Shown: positions 40,020 to 50,317 of the stretch, piece after piece
Layout: every line of letters starts with the position of its first letter
Numbering within the stretch: position 1 is the first letter of the stretch
Assembly (NCBI GenBank): GCA_031285625.1
Contig: JAITVV010000095.1
Location: 128,001 to 192,000 of the forward strand
Direction: 5' to 3'
Source of the DNA: Prevotella sp.
GTDB taxonomy: Bacteria; Bacteroidota; Bacteroidia; Bacteroidales; Dysgonomonadaceae
DNA: 64,000 nt
The notes under the pieces: generated by a model
Told to the model about the DNA's origin: nothing
The model's input: only the letters and a program-made list of their open reading frames with translations
Database searches by the model: none
Program-made: the position numbers and the translations under genes

Positions 40020-41678
40020 CTAAAAACCTAACATTCCCTTTGCATTTTGTATAGCAGCATCTGTCACAGTAGCGCCACTCAACATCCGGGCTATTTCTTC
40101 AAGCCGCTCAGTATCCGACAACCTATCCAGATTTGTAGTAGTGGTCGTTTCATCATCCGATTTATATACTTTATAATGTGCTTTACCCTTAGCTGCTATC
40201 TGAGGCAGATGGGTAATAGCTATTACCTGCATGTTCTTACCAAAGTCAAGCATTACCTGCCCCATTTTATCAGCAATTTCACCCGAAACACCGGTATCTA
40301 TCTCGTCAAATATAATAGTAGGCAACGCTGTAGCTCCGGCAATCATCGATTTGAGGCATAGCATCAAACGGGAGATTTCTCCACCGGATGCAATATTAGC
40401 AATCGGCTGCAAAGGAACATTCTTATTTGCAGAGAACTGAAACAAGACACTATCCATACCATATATATTAAGATGCTCTTCGGCTATAATATCACATTTG
40501 AAACGAATATTAGGCATACCCAGATAAGCCACTTTATCCATAAGTTCTTTTTCGAAACGATCAGTTATAGCAAGACGTTTATCTGTTAACTGCTCTGCCA
40601 GGGCAAGCGTCTTTTCCGATTTCTCGCTAACTTCTTTTTCCAGTGATTCAACTTGCTGATCTGAAGATTCTATATTCTCTATTTTTCGTAAAAACTCATC
40701 ATACAATGCCAACAAACCGGATACTGTATCAACATGGTATTTTTTCTGCAAAGAGTAAATAAGGTCGAGACGGGACTCAATGAAGGACAAACGCTCAGGG
40801 CTAAATTCCACATCATTTGCCAGTTTATCCATTTCAGAAGCCAGATCTTTAAGATCGATATAGGCTGTTTGCAAACGTTCAGAAATTTCTTCCGACCGTG
40901 CAAAAACCTTCCCCAACTGCTGTGATGTATTTAAACCCTCTTTCAGCTGGGATACAATACTATTCTCATCACCGGACAGCAGCGTATGAATCCTGTACAA
41001 TGCCGATTTGATATCTTCGGCGTGTGTAAGCGTTTCCAATTCAGCTTCGAGCTCGTCCTGTTCCCCTTCCTGAAGGGCAGCCTCATTTAAGGATTCTAAC
41101 TGAAAACGAAGATAATCTTCTTCTTCCTTACTCTTTCTTACAGATTCACGAAGATCAGCCAAAGCTTTTTCTGCTAATTTATACTGATGAAATGCTTGCT
41201 GATATTTCTTCAATAAGTCTTTATTTCCCGCAAGCGCGTCTACTACCTGCATCTGGAAACGTGTATCAGATAATAATAGGTTCTGATGCTGTGAATGTAT
41301 ATCGATTAATTGGCTACCTAATTCTTTCAGGTCATTCAGCGTAACAGGCGAATCATTGATAAAAGCACGGGACTTGCCAGACGAAAGGATTTCCCGGCGT
41401 AAGATATAACTATCAGAGTCATATTCTATTCCCTTTTCTTCACAAAATTCTTTCAGATCGTAAGCAGAGACATCAAAAGAGCCTTCGATAACACATTTAC
41501 TCTCTCCCTGTTTTATAGCTTTGATATCAGCACGCTGACCGAGAATAAGGGACAATGCACCCAGAATAATAGATTTTCCGGCACCTGTTTCTCCTGTTAT
41601 AACTGAAAAGCCCGATTCAAAATCGATCTCGAGGCTATCAATTAAAGCATAATTTTTTATATATAATGATTTTAGCAT
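40020..41678 (-). CDS. recN: DNA repair protein RecN
   Basis: GETGAGKS, ASGGEISR, FDEIDTG, ITHLPQIAA. Confidence 0.97.
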   Translation of the reverse strand: MLKSLYIKNYALIDSLEIDFESGFSVITGETGAGKSIILGALSLILGQRADIKAIKQGESKCVIEGSFDVSAYDLKEFCEEKGIEYDSDSYILRREILSSGKSRAFINDSPVTLNDLKELGSQLIDIHSQHQNLLLSDTRFQMQVVDALAGNKDLLKKYQQAFHQYKLAEKALADLRESVRKSKEEEDYLRFQLESLNEAALQEGEQDELEAELETLTHAEDIKSALYRIHTLLSGDENSIVSQLKEGLNTSQQLGKVFARSEEISERLQTAYIDLKDLASEMDKLANDVEFSPERLSFIESRLDLIYSLQKKYHVDTVSGLLALYDEFLRKIENIESSDQQVESLEKEVSEKSEKTLALAEQLTDKRLAITDRFEKELMDKVAYLGMPNIRFKCDIIAEEHLNIYGMDSVLFQFSANKNVPLQPIANIASGGEISRLMLCLKSMIAGATALPTIIFDEIDTGVSGEIADKMGQVMLDFGKNMQVIAITHLPQIAAKGKAHYKVYKSDDETTTTTNLDRLSDTERLEEIARMLSGATVTDAAIQNAKGMLGF

Positions 41679-41689
41679 AGCTAATTATT

Positions 41690-42883
41690 TCATTTATTAA
41701 AGCTTACATTCAGAACCACTATCTCCGAGATAGTACCAATCCGGTATTGAGGCCCTGCCAAACCAAGACCGGATGACACATATATATGTGTATCATCCTT
41801 TTTCTTGTATCCGAAAGGAAGCTCATACATAAATCTCATTTTCATACTTTCAGGTAAAATACCGGAGTTGTATAATTTTGAAGAAAGACTCATTATAACA
41901 TTATTAGGGAAAAATTGCCCATTATGTGTATGCCCGTATAAAGCAATATCTGCTCCGGCATCAACCTCTTCCTGCAAGCGATGGGGTTCGTGATTCATTA
42001 CTATGACAGGATATTGTTTGTCTACACCTTGCATTATCTCGGGTAATTCTTTTCTGGTTTTACACATATCGTCCTCTCGTCCTACAAGATAGAAAGAATT
42101 TGCGATCATAACAGTAGTATCCCTCAAAACAGTCATTCCGGCCTTTTCGCTCAGCCAATGTATTTTTTCATCCGGAGCTTCTCCTATGTCTATATATTCA
42201 TGATTACCTGTGGAAGCATACACTCCATATGGGGCTTTAAGACGCAGGAATTCTGTTTCCATCCGCTGCTCGTAAAGTGATTTTGCATCATAGTCAATCA
42301 CATCACCTACCAGTAATATCAGATCGGGCTTTTGCTCCATTATCTTATCCACATACATAGAAATAATTTTCTTATCGATAAGATAGCCGGCATGTATATC
42401 GGTTGCCACTACAATACGGAGATTCTTCACATCTGGAGAATGCTTTTCTATTGCCAAATCCATCTCTGTTACAACAGGATGCCGGAACCTGTAATTTCCG
42501 TTCCACATAACCGCTATCACCAGAATAAGAGCTGAACAAAAATAGATAAGCCGTGGCTTTTTAGCTTTTAGATCGAGTGTTGCAGGAAATATTTTTTTCT
42601 TTTTATCAATATATTTGAAGAGATCATATACAAGAAGCAACACAGTCATATAGATAGTAAATATCATCCATGTTGTACCCGTCCATGCAAAGACATGCAA
42701 GGCATCGAAAGGAAGGTACCTGGAAGTGAAGAAACCAATGAAATAAATAAGAAGTTCGATAATGTAAATAGCAGCGTAGGGTACCTTGATAAATTTCTTA
42801 TCAGGTAACCCCTGCCATCCCCGCCAGTAAATATAAGCACTGAGGAAGATTTGTACTATTATAGCATTAAAAAAAACTCTCAT
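41690..42883 (-). CDS. Membrane-anchored metallophosphoesterase (YkuE-like)
   Basis: N-terminal TMs; DIH, GDVID, GNHE, GHTHNGQ. Confidence 0.9.
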   Translation of the reverse strand: MRVFFNAIIVQIFLSAYIYWRGWQGLPDKKFIKVPYAAIYIIELLIYFIGFFTSRYLPFDALHVFAWTGTTWMIFTIYMTVLLLVYDLFKYIDKKKKIFPATLDLKAKKPRLIYFCSALILVIAVMWNGNYRFRHPVVTEMDLAIEKHSPDVKNLRIVVATDIHAGYLIDKKIISMYVDKIMEQKPDLILLVGDVIDYDAKSLYEQRMETEFLRLKAPYGVYASTGNHEYIDIGEAPDEKIHWLSEKAGMTVLRDTTVMIANSFYLVGREDDMCKTRKELPEIMQGVDKQYPVIVMNHEPHRLQEEVDAGADIALYGHTHNGQFFPNNVIMSLSSKLYNSGILPESMKMRFMYELPFGYKKKDDTHIYVSSGLGLAGPQYRIGTISEIVVLNVSFNK

Positions 42884-42886
42884 TGG

Positions 42887-44023
42887 TTACTTATTTACAT
42901 CTATTACAACATATTCCGATTGTGTTCCAATACGGAATTTGCCGCCCCATATACCAATACCCGAACTTACATATATATTGGCATTACCTTTCTTTATAAA
43001 ACCATGATCCCTCTCATAAAGTTTCTTTGTGATCATAGATATTGGCCATACTTGCCCCTGGTGCGTATGTCCCGATAGCTGTATATCAATACCATTCACC
43101 TCTGCTTCTTCCAGATTGTAAGGCTGGTGATCCAATAAAATAATCGGCTTTGTCTTATCCAGGCTATCTACCAGACTTTTCAATGATCTGCGGCTGGGAT
43201 TCGACCTGTCGTCACGTCCTATAATATAAAAAGAGTTGTCTACCTCTGCTACCGAATCGCGAAGCAGATTCACCCCTGCCTTTTTCATAAAATCAAGGCT
43301 CTCTTTCATACCACTTATATATTCATGATTTCCCGGGCAAGAATAGATTCCCATCGGAGCTTTTATTTTATGAAAGACTTCTGCGAACCGGCCTTCATTA
43401 AGCGGGCGTACACTATTATCTATAATATCTCCTGCGATAAGTACAATATCCGGGTTTTCTGCATTTATGGTATTTACCCATCCTTCAAATTCTTTCTCTC
43501 CTATACCGTATCCCAAGTGCAGGTCACTGATAGCAACTATGCGCAAAGATTTAGGGGAGATCGTATCTCCAAAGGTTTTGTATATATTAATTGGCAAATC
43601 GACACGTACTTTCCATTGATATTTCAGATAACCGCATACCATCAGCAAAGTGATAAAACCAATCATAAGTCCCAGACCGACCCAATTATCCCTCGTATAT
43701 CTTGTAATGGCATCACTTGGCATAAAGTGCAACAGTTTATTAGAAAGACCAAATAAGTCTTTCACTGCCATTACCATGAAAAAATACAGAAGGATAAAAA
43801 CCCATGCTGTACCTACTTTATAAAAAAACGAAGTAAGAGCTACCGGCATGGAATCTCCAAGAATAAAGGATATAAAAAATGATGATACAGCTATAACTGC
43901 AAACGAGATAAGAATTACTTTGCCTAATGTAGTTGGAGGCATTGCAATCCAGATATGACGAAACACATAATAATTAGCTAACAAATAGACAATAAATACT
44001 ATAACAAAAAACATCGATTTCAT
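42887..44023 (-). CDS. Membrane-anchored metallophosphoesterase (YkuE-like), tandem paralog
   Basis: DLH, GDIID, GNHE, GHTHQGQ. Confidence 0.9.
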   Translation of the reverse strand: MKSMFFVIVFIVYLLANYYVFRHIWIAMPPTTLGKVILISFAVIAVSSFFISFILGDSMPVALTSFFYKVGTAWVFILLYFFMVMAVKDLFGLSNKLLHFMPSDAITRYTRDNWVGLGLMIGFITLLMVCGYLKYQWKVRVDLPINIYKTFGDTISPKSLRIVAISDLHLGYGIGEKEFEGWVNTINAENPDIVLIAGDIIDNSVRPLNEGRFAEVFHKIKAPMGIYSCPGNHEYISGMKESLDFMKKAGVNLLRDSVAEVDNSFYIIGRDDRSNPSRRSLKSLVDSLDKTKPIILLDHQPYNLEEAEVNGIDIQLSGHTHQGQVWPISMITKKLYERDHGFIKKGNANIYVSSGIGIWGGKFRIGTQSEYVVIDVNK

Positions 44024-44180
44024 TTATATGGTTATTGTGTGCCAGTTCCTATATATGTGAAAGATACAAAGATAAAGAATCCTGACTATTAAAATTGTTG
44101 TTTGTGACGAAAAAAGAGCAGCCGTGTAATGACCACTCTTTATTAACGACCGACGATTCAGGTTGTTATTATTTTATACA

Positions 44181-44636
44181 TTAACTGCCACATGCAATAT
44201 AGTAAGTTGGCAACCCGTCTACTATCACAGGCTCTTCGTCCGTACCTTCAAAAAAGACATGATCGCCAAGCTCTTTGTAAGCCTGCTGATTATGAGCTTT
44301 CATAAGAAACTCCAATGCAGTAAAGTTTTTTCCGTTATCAGCTTTCAACTTAGCTATTATTTCCACCTGGTACCCGTCTTCATCTTCATCAGGCTCTTCG
44401 TCAAAAACGTCTTTATCTTCATCTATCAACGTTTCGTTTTCCAATAAGTCTCCCGGTTCGTATATCCATGCCATATACTGAATCTGCAATTCAGGTACAT
44501 CGAAAACGATCTCATCCGGAATCCAATTATTCTTATCAGAAATATCATCCTGATATTCTACGACTTCCTTATTAAATTTTTCCTTATCGGAATAGTACTC
44601 TTCTGTAAAGCTCCAAGCAATGTTGTTTAGTGTCAT
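44181..44636 (-). CDS. Hypothetical acidic protein
   Basis: 151-aa D/E-rich ORF; ADNGKNFT...LGDHVFFEG motif. Confidence 0.65.
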   Translation of the reverse strand: MTLNNIAWSFTEEYYSDKEKFNKEVVEYQDDISDKNNWIPDEIVFDVPELQIQYMAWIYEPGDLLENETLIDEDKDVFDEEPDEDEDGYQVEIIAKLKADNGKNFTALEFLMKAHNQQAYKELGDHVFFEGTDEEPVIVDGLPTYYIACGS

Positions 44637-44654
44637 GATATGTTAGTTTTTGAA

Positions 44655-45335
44655 TTAACGTCTGCTTCCTAAAGCAATCATCACATAATATATCAATGTA
44701 GCCAAAGAACCGATAGCAGCAATTACATATGTATATGCAGCCCATTTTAAAGCATCTTTAGCCATATCATGATTACTCACATTGGTTACTCCGGCTGTAT
44801 TCAACCAAACCAAAGCTCTGCTACTGGCATTTACCTCCACAGGAAGTGTTATAAAACTGAATATGGTAGTTACAGCAAACAATGCGATACCAATCCATAT
44901 TAACGAAGGGAATGTATTGATCATAAATATCCCGGCAAGAATAACCCACATTACAATGGATGAAGCAAAACTTACCACCGGTACAAGTGCCGAACGCATC
45001 TTCAAAGGACCATACTCGTGTGCATGCTGTACTGCGTGTCCACACTCATGAGCCGCAACAGCAGCTGCCGCCACACTATTGCTGGCATAAACGCCTTCAC
45101 TCAGATTTACAGTCTTATTTCCGGGATTGTAATGATCGGTAAGCATTCCGCCTGTCGATACTACTTTTACATCATAAATACCATTGTCATGAAGCATTTT
45201 TTCTGCGACATCACGTCCGGTCATTCCATTGCTCAACGGAACTTTAGAGTATTTATTAAACTTGCTCTTCAACATTTGCGAGACTGCAAAGCTGGCAATT
45301 GCAATTAATCCGAATAATATCCAACCTATATACAT
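44655..45335 (-). CDS. Membrane zinc metallopeptidase (YugP/Zn_peptidase_2)
   Basis: LTDHYNP, AAHECGHAVQH, TLPVEVNAS, AAYTYV. Confidence 0.92.
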   Translation of the reverse strand: MYIGWILFGLIAIASFAVSQMLKSKFNKYSKVPLSNGMTGRDVAEKMLHDNGIYDVKVVSTGGMLTDHYNPGNKTVNLSEGVYASNSVAAAAVAAHECGHAVQHAHEYGPLKMRSALVPVVSFASSIVMWVILAGIFMINTFPSLIWIGIALFAVTTIFSFITLPVEVNASSRALVWLNTAGVTNVSNHDMAKDALKWAAYTYVIAAIGSLATLIYYVMIALGSRR

Positions 45336-45379
45336 AGCTTATTGTATTAAAATTTCTAATTTAAGTTTATAAGTTAATA

Positions 45380-45395
45380 AACAAAAAATGTGCCA
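45380..45395 (-). promoter_or_regulatory. sigma54-like motif upstream of the Zn-peptidase gene
   Basis: Minus strand TGGCACATTTTTTGTT. Confidence 0.55.
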
Positions 45396-45548
45396 TTTAA
45401 GTTCCCTGTCACGTTTCAGTTGAAGCAGCAATCACATTCTTTAAATAAATTTTACTTTTCTTTTCTGTTTTAACAATAGATCCGAATCAGAAAAAAAGAG
45501 CTGACTACACCTGAGTACGCCAGCTTCTTTCTTTATTATTTGATAAAA

Positions 45549-46814
45549 TTATTTTCGGATAATTGTTTGTGCCCTGTCAGGTCCTAAAGATACAATACTG
45601 ATAGGAACTCCCAGTTCTTTTTCCAAGAATGCTATATAGTCACTAAATTCCTTAGGGAATTGGTCTTCTCCCAGCATTTTTGTCATATCTGTTTGCCAGC
45701 CTTTCATTTCCACATATACAGGCTTGATGCTATCATCTATCTCGAATGGAAAATCCGTAACTTTCTGTCCGTTTATTTCATATGCCACACAAGCTTTAAT
45801 GGCATCGAATGTATCGAGTACATCGCTCTTCATCATTATAAGCTGGCTAACACCATCCACCATAATAGCATAACGTAAAGCAACCAGATCGATCCAGCCA
45901 CAACGACGCGGACGCCCAGTAACAGAACCGAACTCAAAGCCCAGTTTACGCAACTGATCTCCGGTTTCATCAAACAATTCGGTAGGGAAAGGCCCGCTAC
46001 CCACACGTGTACAATACGCCTTGAATATGCCATATACCTCGCCTACACTTTTGGGAGCAATACCAAGTCCGGTACAAGCCCCTGCCGAGATAGTGTTGGA
46101 AGACGTTACAAACGGATAAGAACCAAAGTCTATATCGAGCATGGTTCCTTGTGCACCTTCTGCGAGGATTTTACGTCCTTGCTTAACTGCACTATTGATA
46201 TAGTGTTCACTATCGATAAAAGTAAACTCTTTCAGTTTTGCTATTCCTGCAAACCATTCTTCTTCTATATCAGCCAATGCACTGGTATCGAAACCATATT
46301 GTCCGAGAATACGCAGATGTTTCGATTTGGCTATATTATATTTTTCATCAAAGTTGTGAAGAATATCCCCCACCCTAAGGCCATTGCGGCTAACCTTATC
46401 GGTATATGTCGGGCCGATACCTTTACCTGTGGTTCCTATTTTGGAATCACCCTTAGCAGCTTCGTAGCATGCATCAAGCAGACGGTGAGTAGGTAGGATA
46501 AGATGAGCCTTCTTTGACACAAGTAAGCGTTTTGTAAGATCATGACCGGAAGATTCCAATGCCTCGATTTCTGCTTTAAACAAGGCAGGATCGAGCACCA
46601 CGCCATTACCTATAATATTAATTTTGTTTCCCTGGAAAATACCGGAAGGGACGGATCGAAGAACATATTTTTTCCCCTCAAACTCGAGTGTATGTCCTGC
46701 ATTAGGTCCTCCCTGAAATCGGGCTACAATTTCATAATCAGGTGTTAATACATCTACTATCTTTCCTTTACCTTCGTCGCCCCACTGTAAGCCGAGCAAT
46801 ACATCTACTTTCAT
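45549..46814 (-). CDS. purA: Adenylosuccinate synthetase
   Basis: QWGDEGKGK, GGPNAGHT, EGAQG, VTGRPRRCGW. Confidence 0.98.
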   Translation of the reverse strand: MKVDVLLGLQWGDEGKGKIVDVLTPDYEIVARFQGGPNAGHTLEFEGKKYVLRSVPSGIFQGNKINIIGNGVVLDPALFKAEIEALESSGHDLTKRLLVSKKAHLILPTHRLLDACYEAAKGDSKIGTTGKGIGPTYTDKVSRNGLRVGDILHNFDEKYNIAKSKHLRILGQYGFDTSALADIEEEWFAGIAKLKEFTFIDSEHYINSAVKQGRKILAEGAQGTMLDIDFGSYPFVTSSNTISAGACTGLGIAPKSVGEVYGIFKAYCTRVGSGPFPTELFDETGDQLRKLGFEFGSVTGRPRRCGWIDLVALRYAIMVDGVSQLIMMKSDVLDTFDAIKACVAYEINGQKVTDFPFEIDDSIKPVYVEMKGWQTDMTKMLGEDQFPKEFSDYIAFLEKELGVPISIVSLGPDRAQTIIRK

Positions 46815-47323
46815 TTCTTTTTATTAATACGGGTATTCTTATTTTCTGTTACTTTATTCTTTTTCTCTTCTGCCTTCTTGGCACGCATACATTTATTGCA
46901 TATCCCATAAATGTACATACTGTAATAACTGATCTTGAAGCGCTGCAGCTTTTTCTGCTGTGCGGGAGTAAACAGGTTTCCGTTTTTGTGTTCTTTCACT
47001 TCTCCACAACTAAGACAGATCAAGTGGTCATGATTTTCATTACCAAAAGCGCGTTCGTATTGCGATACATTAGCCCCAAACTGATGTTTGACCACTAATC
47101 CGCAATCCAGTAATAATTCGATTGTATTATAAAGAGTAGCACGGCTAACCCTGAAACTGGATTCTTTCATAGCATTATATAGAGAATCCATATCAAAATG
47201 TCCTTTTGAAGAATATATGTGTTCCAGTATAGCGTACCTTTCAGGAGTCTTACGGTGCTTATGCAAATTCAGATAATCTGTAAATTCGTTTTTAACCTGT
47301 TCCTTTAGTTTTATGTTATCCAT
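46811..47323 (-). CDS. fur: Fur family transcriptional regulator
   Basis: RKTPER, VSRATLYNT, HDHLICLSCG, CNKC; overlaps the purA start. Confidence 0.88.
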   Translation of the reverse strand: MDNIKLKEQVKNEFTDYLNLHKHRKTPERYAILEHIYSSKGHFDMDSLYNAMKESSFRVSRATLYNTIELLLDCGLVVKHQFGANVSQYERAFGNENHDHLICLSCGEVKEHKNGNLFTPAQQKKLQRFKISYYSMYIYGICNKCMRAKKAEEKKNKVTENKNTRINKKK

Positions 47324-47568
47324 TTATAAAAATCTGATATGAACAAAAATACATCTTTTTGAAGAATAAGTAGCAGCATAAAGCAGAAAAAACGAAAAAC
47401 TGTTTAAAAATTCATTTATACATTATCGAGAATTTAGTTTTGATGAGTACAATTATTTTATATGTTTTTAGAATGTTAAAAAAATATACTTACTTTACAC
47501 TAATATTTGATCTTGAAGACGCCCGGTAATCGTCATTGGGACCTAACACAAACTCTAAAATATTAATT

Positions 47569-48900
47569 ATGAACCTAAGAAAATATATTTTTCTTAGTGT
47601 TACTTTTGTGGCACTATTACTTAGCTTCTATTCCAATTTTTTTCATCTGACCCCGCAGAAATTTTTTACTGAATTTGATACCTATAACGAAGGTTTTATC
47701 TATGGTAGAATAATGAACTCTGAAGAGAAAGGATTCTTTAGCGACGGATGCTTTTCTGGCATCAAGTATGATACCTTGAAAATACATAAAGAAGGAAAAA
47801 TGGATAAAGATACAATTGCTTTCATCGTTATCCAACGCTTACCGAAGCAAAAGGCTATGTATCTGAATAATATAGAACGGGAATCCGACTTCGGCCCTTA
47901 CTTTACCCAGATGGGAACAATGGCATCAGTATACTCAATCATCAATATAATGTTACCAGGTTCTCCCGAATCCAAGCTTAATATATATGACTTCATTAAT
48001 GCATTATTTAATGCACTTATTTTTACTGTGTTCTTCTGGTGGATATTGAGAGAATATGGTAGAATCACATCCTTTGTCACACTTTTATTTCTACTCACCT
48101 CATCACATTTTATCGCATTTTCGGGTAGTATATGGTGGGTTACCGGATCTTTCTACCTGCCTATATTCGGACTGTTTGTCCTGATGCAGGTAAAATTGCC
48201 TGAAAAGAAAATCTTATTTTATTTATTTATCTTATTTATGATAAAAGCCATACTTACAGGTTTTGAGTTTATAACATGTACATTCTTATCTATATTTATA
48301 CCTATCATTTATTATTACTATTATAATAGAAAAACCTTAAAAGGGTTCTTAATTTTTTCGGTCAAAGCAGGAGCCGTTTGTTGTCTGGCTATGATGATCC
48401 TGACATGCTTATTAGCTATCCAGCATAAGTTTTATCATGGAACTTTTGCCGCAGGATTTGACTGGTTGTACAATGCTTTTATCAGAAGATCAGGCAGTGT
48501 AGAAGACTTCCAAGGAATATTAATGAATATCGGATATATCTATGGATATTATTCCTGGTTTTGCAATGCCTTTGAATTATCCGAACTGACTTCTGCGATC
48601 AGAATTCCGTTTACTATTGTAATTACTGCTGTATATATTAATCTCTTTGTATTGTTCCAGTTAACTAAGAAAGCTATCAACAGAAGAAAATATACAGCCC
48701 TTATTCTAGCCACGGCTCTATCCTGCATACCGTCGGTATCGTGGTATATAATTTTCAGAGATCATGCTTTGAAACATCTCTGGATAGATGCTATTTGTTG
48801 GTATTTTCCATTTCTATTATTGGGGTTCATGTCAATTGGGGTCACTATATCTGTTTTGTACAAGAGGTGGTTTTACACCAAAAGTGTTGCAACGGAGTAA
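47569..48900 (+). CDS. Polytopic membrane protein, possibly a GT-C-fold glycosyltransferase
   Basis: About ten TM segments, periplasmic loop, GFEFIT and SWYIIFRDHALKH motifs; ATG at 47569. Confidence 0.55.
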   Translation: MNLRKYIFLSVTFVALLLSFYSNFFHLTPQKFFTEFDTYNEGFIYGRIMNSEEKGFFSDGCFSGIKYDTLKIHKEGKMDKDTIAFIVIQRLPKQKAMYLNNIERESDFGPYFTQMGTMASVYSIINIMLPGSPESKLNIYDFINALFNALIFTVFFWWILREYGRITSFVTLLFLLTSSHFIAFSGSIWWVTGSFYLPIFGLFVLMQVKLPEKKILFYLFILFMIKAILTGFEFITCTFLSIFIPIIYYYYYNRKTLKGFLIFSVKAGAVCCLAMMILTCLLAIQHKFYHGTFAAGFDWLYNAFIRRSGSVEDFQGILMNIGYIYGYYSWFCNAFELSELTSAIRIPFTIVITAVYINLFVLFQLTKKAINRRKYTALILATALSCIPSVSWYIIFRDHALKHLWIDAICWYFPFLLLGFMSIGVTISVLYKRWFYTKSVATE

Positions 48901-48976
48901 TCCAAGGATGAATTTATATAAAAAAGAAAGAGAACTCTCCCGAGCTCTCTTTTCCGAAAGGAAATCAAAAAGAATA

Positions 48977-49735
48977 TTAATAAATATTCAGGTTAGTCTT
49001 ATTATGATCATCGGTGAATATTGTACCATCTGTCTGGCTACCTTCACCATCATATTTGTATTCAATTGTCTTTGTCTTCTTTTCCCCGCTATAGTCGGTC
49101 CAATTTATTTGAATAGTTATTTTTTCACGTCCTTCAATTTTGTATGGGGCAAGGCTAAACGAAATGTAGCCATTTACCGGATAAAGTTCAGGATCAGCCA
49201 TCTTATTATGTCTGAATTCCAATGTAACCGCATCTTCATTTACCGATTTATCAGGCTCTGCCGATACCAGATTCAACATGTGCGATATTGTACCGCCTGT
49301 ATTTAATCCGAAAGAGATATTCAAATAATCTCCGCCCTCCCATATTCCATGAACTTTGATAGGGTCGTTTCCAATGCTATCTTGTTCTGCTTTGTTATCC
49401 GGTGCAACATAGATCACACCTTTGGTCAATACATCAGAGATACCATTAAGTCTAATAGCATGATCATAGCCTTCGAAATTATCTGATAATATTGTATAAT
49501 TTATTAGTGCTCTGTCGTATTTCGGCTTAATATCAAGGCCAACCGGTGCAGCAACCCAAAGCTTCTCACCACTATCCAATGTAAAATCATAAGTATTGTC
49601 ACCAATCTTGTTTACCGTTACCAGAGACTTCCAGTATTTATCTAAGGAATAGCCATCATCGTCACAGGATGTAAATCCTAACGACAGAACAGAGCAAAAA
49701 ATTAGAGCTGAAAATAGTTTAACGTACTTTCTCAT
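48977..49735 (-). CDS. NigD-like lipoprotein
   Basis: Lipobox FTSC-DDDGYSL; RALINYT, GNDPI, LEFRHN; start at 49735. Confidence 0.8.
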   Translation of the reverse strand: MRKYVKLFSALIFCSVLSLGFTSCDDDGYSLDKYWKSLVTVNKIGDNTYDFTLDSGEKLWVAAPVGLDIKPKYDRALINYTILSDNFEGYDHAIRLNGISDVLTKGVIYVAPDNKAEQDSIGNDPIKVHGIWEGGDYLNISFGLNTGGTISHMLNLVSAEPDKSVNEDAVTLEFRHNKMADPELYPVNGYISFSLAPYKIEGREKITIQINWTDYSGEKKTKTIEYKYDGEGSQTDGTIFTDDHNKTNLNIY

Positions 49736-49870
49736 AATTATATTCCTGACTTTACAAAACTTGATTTTTATCACTTTACAAATATAAGACTGAAAGAAAT
49801 GCACTATGCTGCATGGATAAATCTTAATAAATGTTAAAGTATGTTTTAGGCTATCAGCCTACTCTCCTTT

Positions 49871-50317
49871 TTATCTTTTTTGCTTAAAAAATTCTTTCAT
49901 CAAAGAGGCGCATTCTTCGGCCAGGACACCGGATATCGCAGTGGTTTTGGGATGTAGTATCTGAGGTGAAAATAATGAATACCCTTTTTTTTCGTCTGTG
50001 GCACCGTAAACAATTTTTGGTATTTGTGACCAAAGTAATCCTCCTGCACACATAGGACATGGCTCTAATGTTACATATAAGGTACAATCTGTAAGATATT
50101 TTCCTCCAAGAACATTCTCGGCCGCGGTGATGGCTTGCATTTCGGCGTGAGCAGTCACATCATTGAGTGTTTCTGTAAGGTTGTGAGCCCTTGCAATGAT
50201 GCGTCCCTGACATACAATAACGGCTCCTATCGGCACCTCATTCTTGTCGAAAGCCTGACGGGCTTCGTTCAAAGCCTGACGCATATAATATTCATCATTG
50301 AGAATGCCTGCTGTCAT
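49871..50317 (-). CDS. tadA: tRNA adenosine deaminase (TadA-like)
   Basis: EVPIGAV, HAE, TLEPCPMC. Confidence 0.9.
   Translation of the reverse strand: MTAGILNDEYYMRQALNEARQAFDKNEVPIGAVIVCQGRIIARAHNLTETLNDVTAHAEMQAITAAENVLGGKYLTDCTLYVTLEPCPMCAGGLLWSQIPKIVYGATDEKKGYSLFSPQILHPKTTAISGVLAEECASLMKEFFKQKR

Noticed and set aside
48788-49306. 172-aa plus-strand ORF
   Set aside because: Overlaps two real convergent genes and their terminator; no recognisable motifs.
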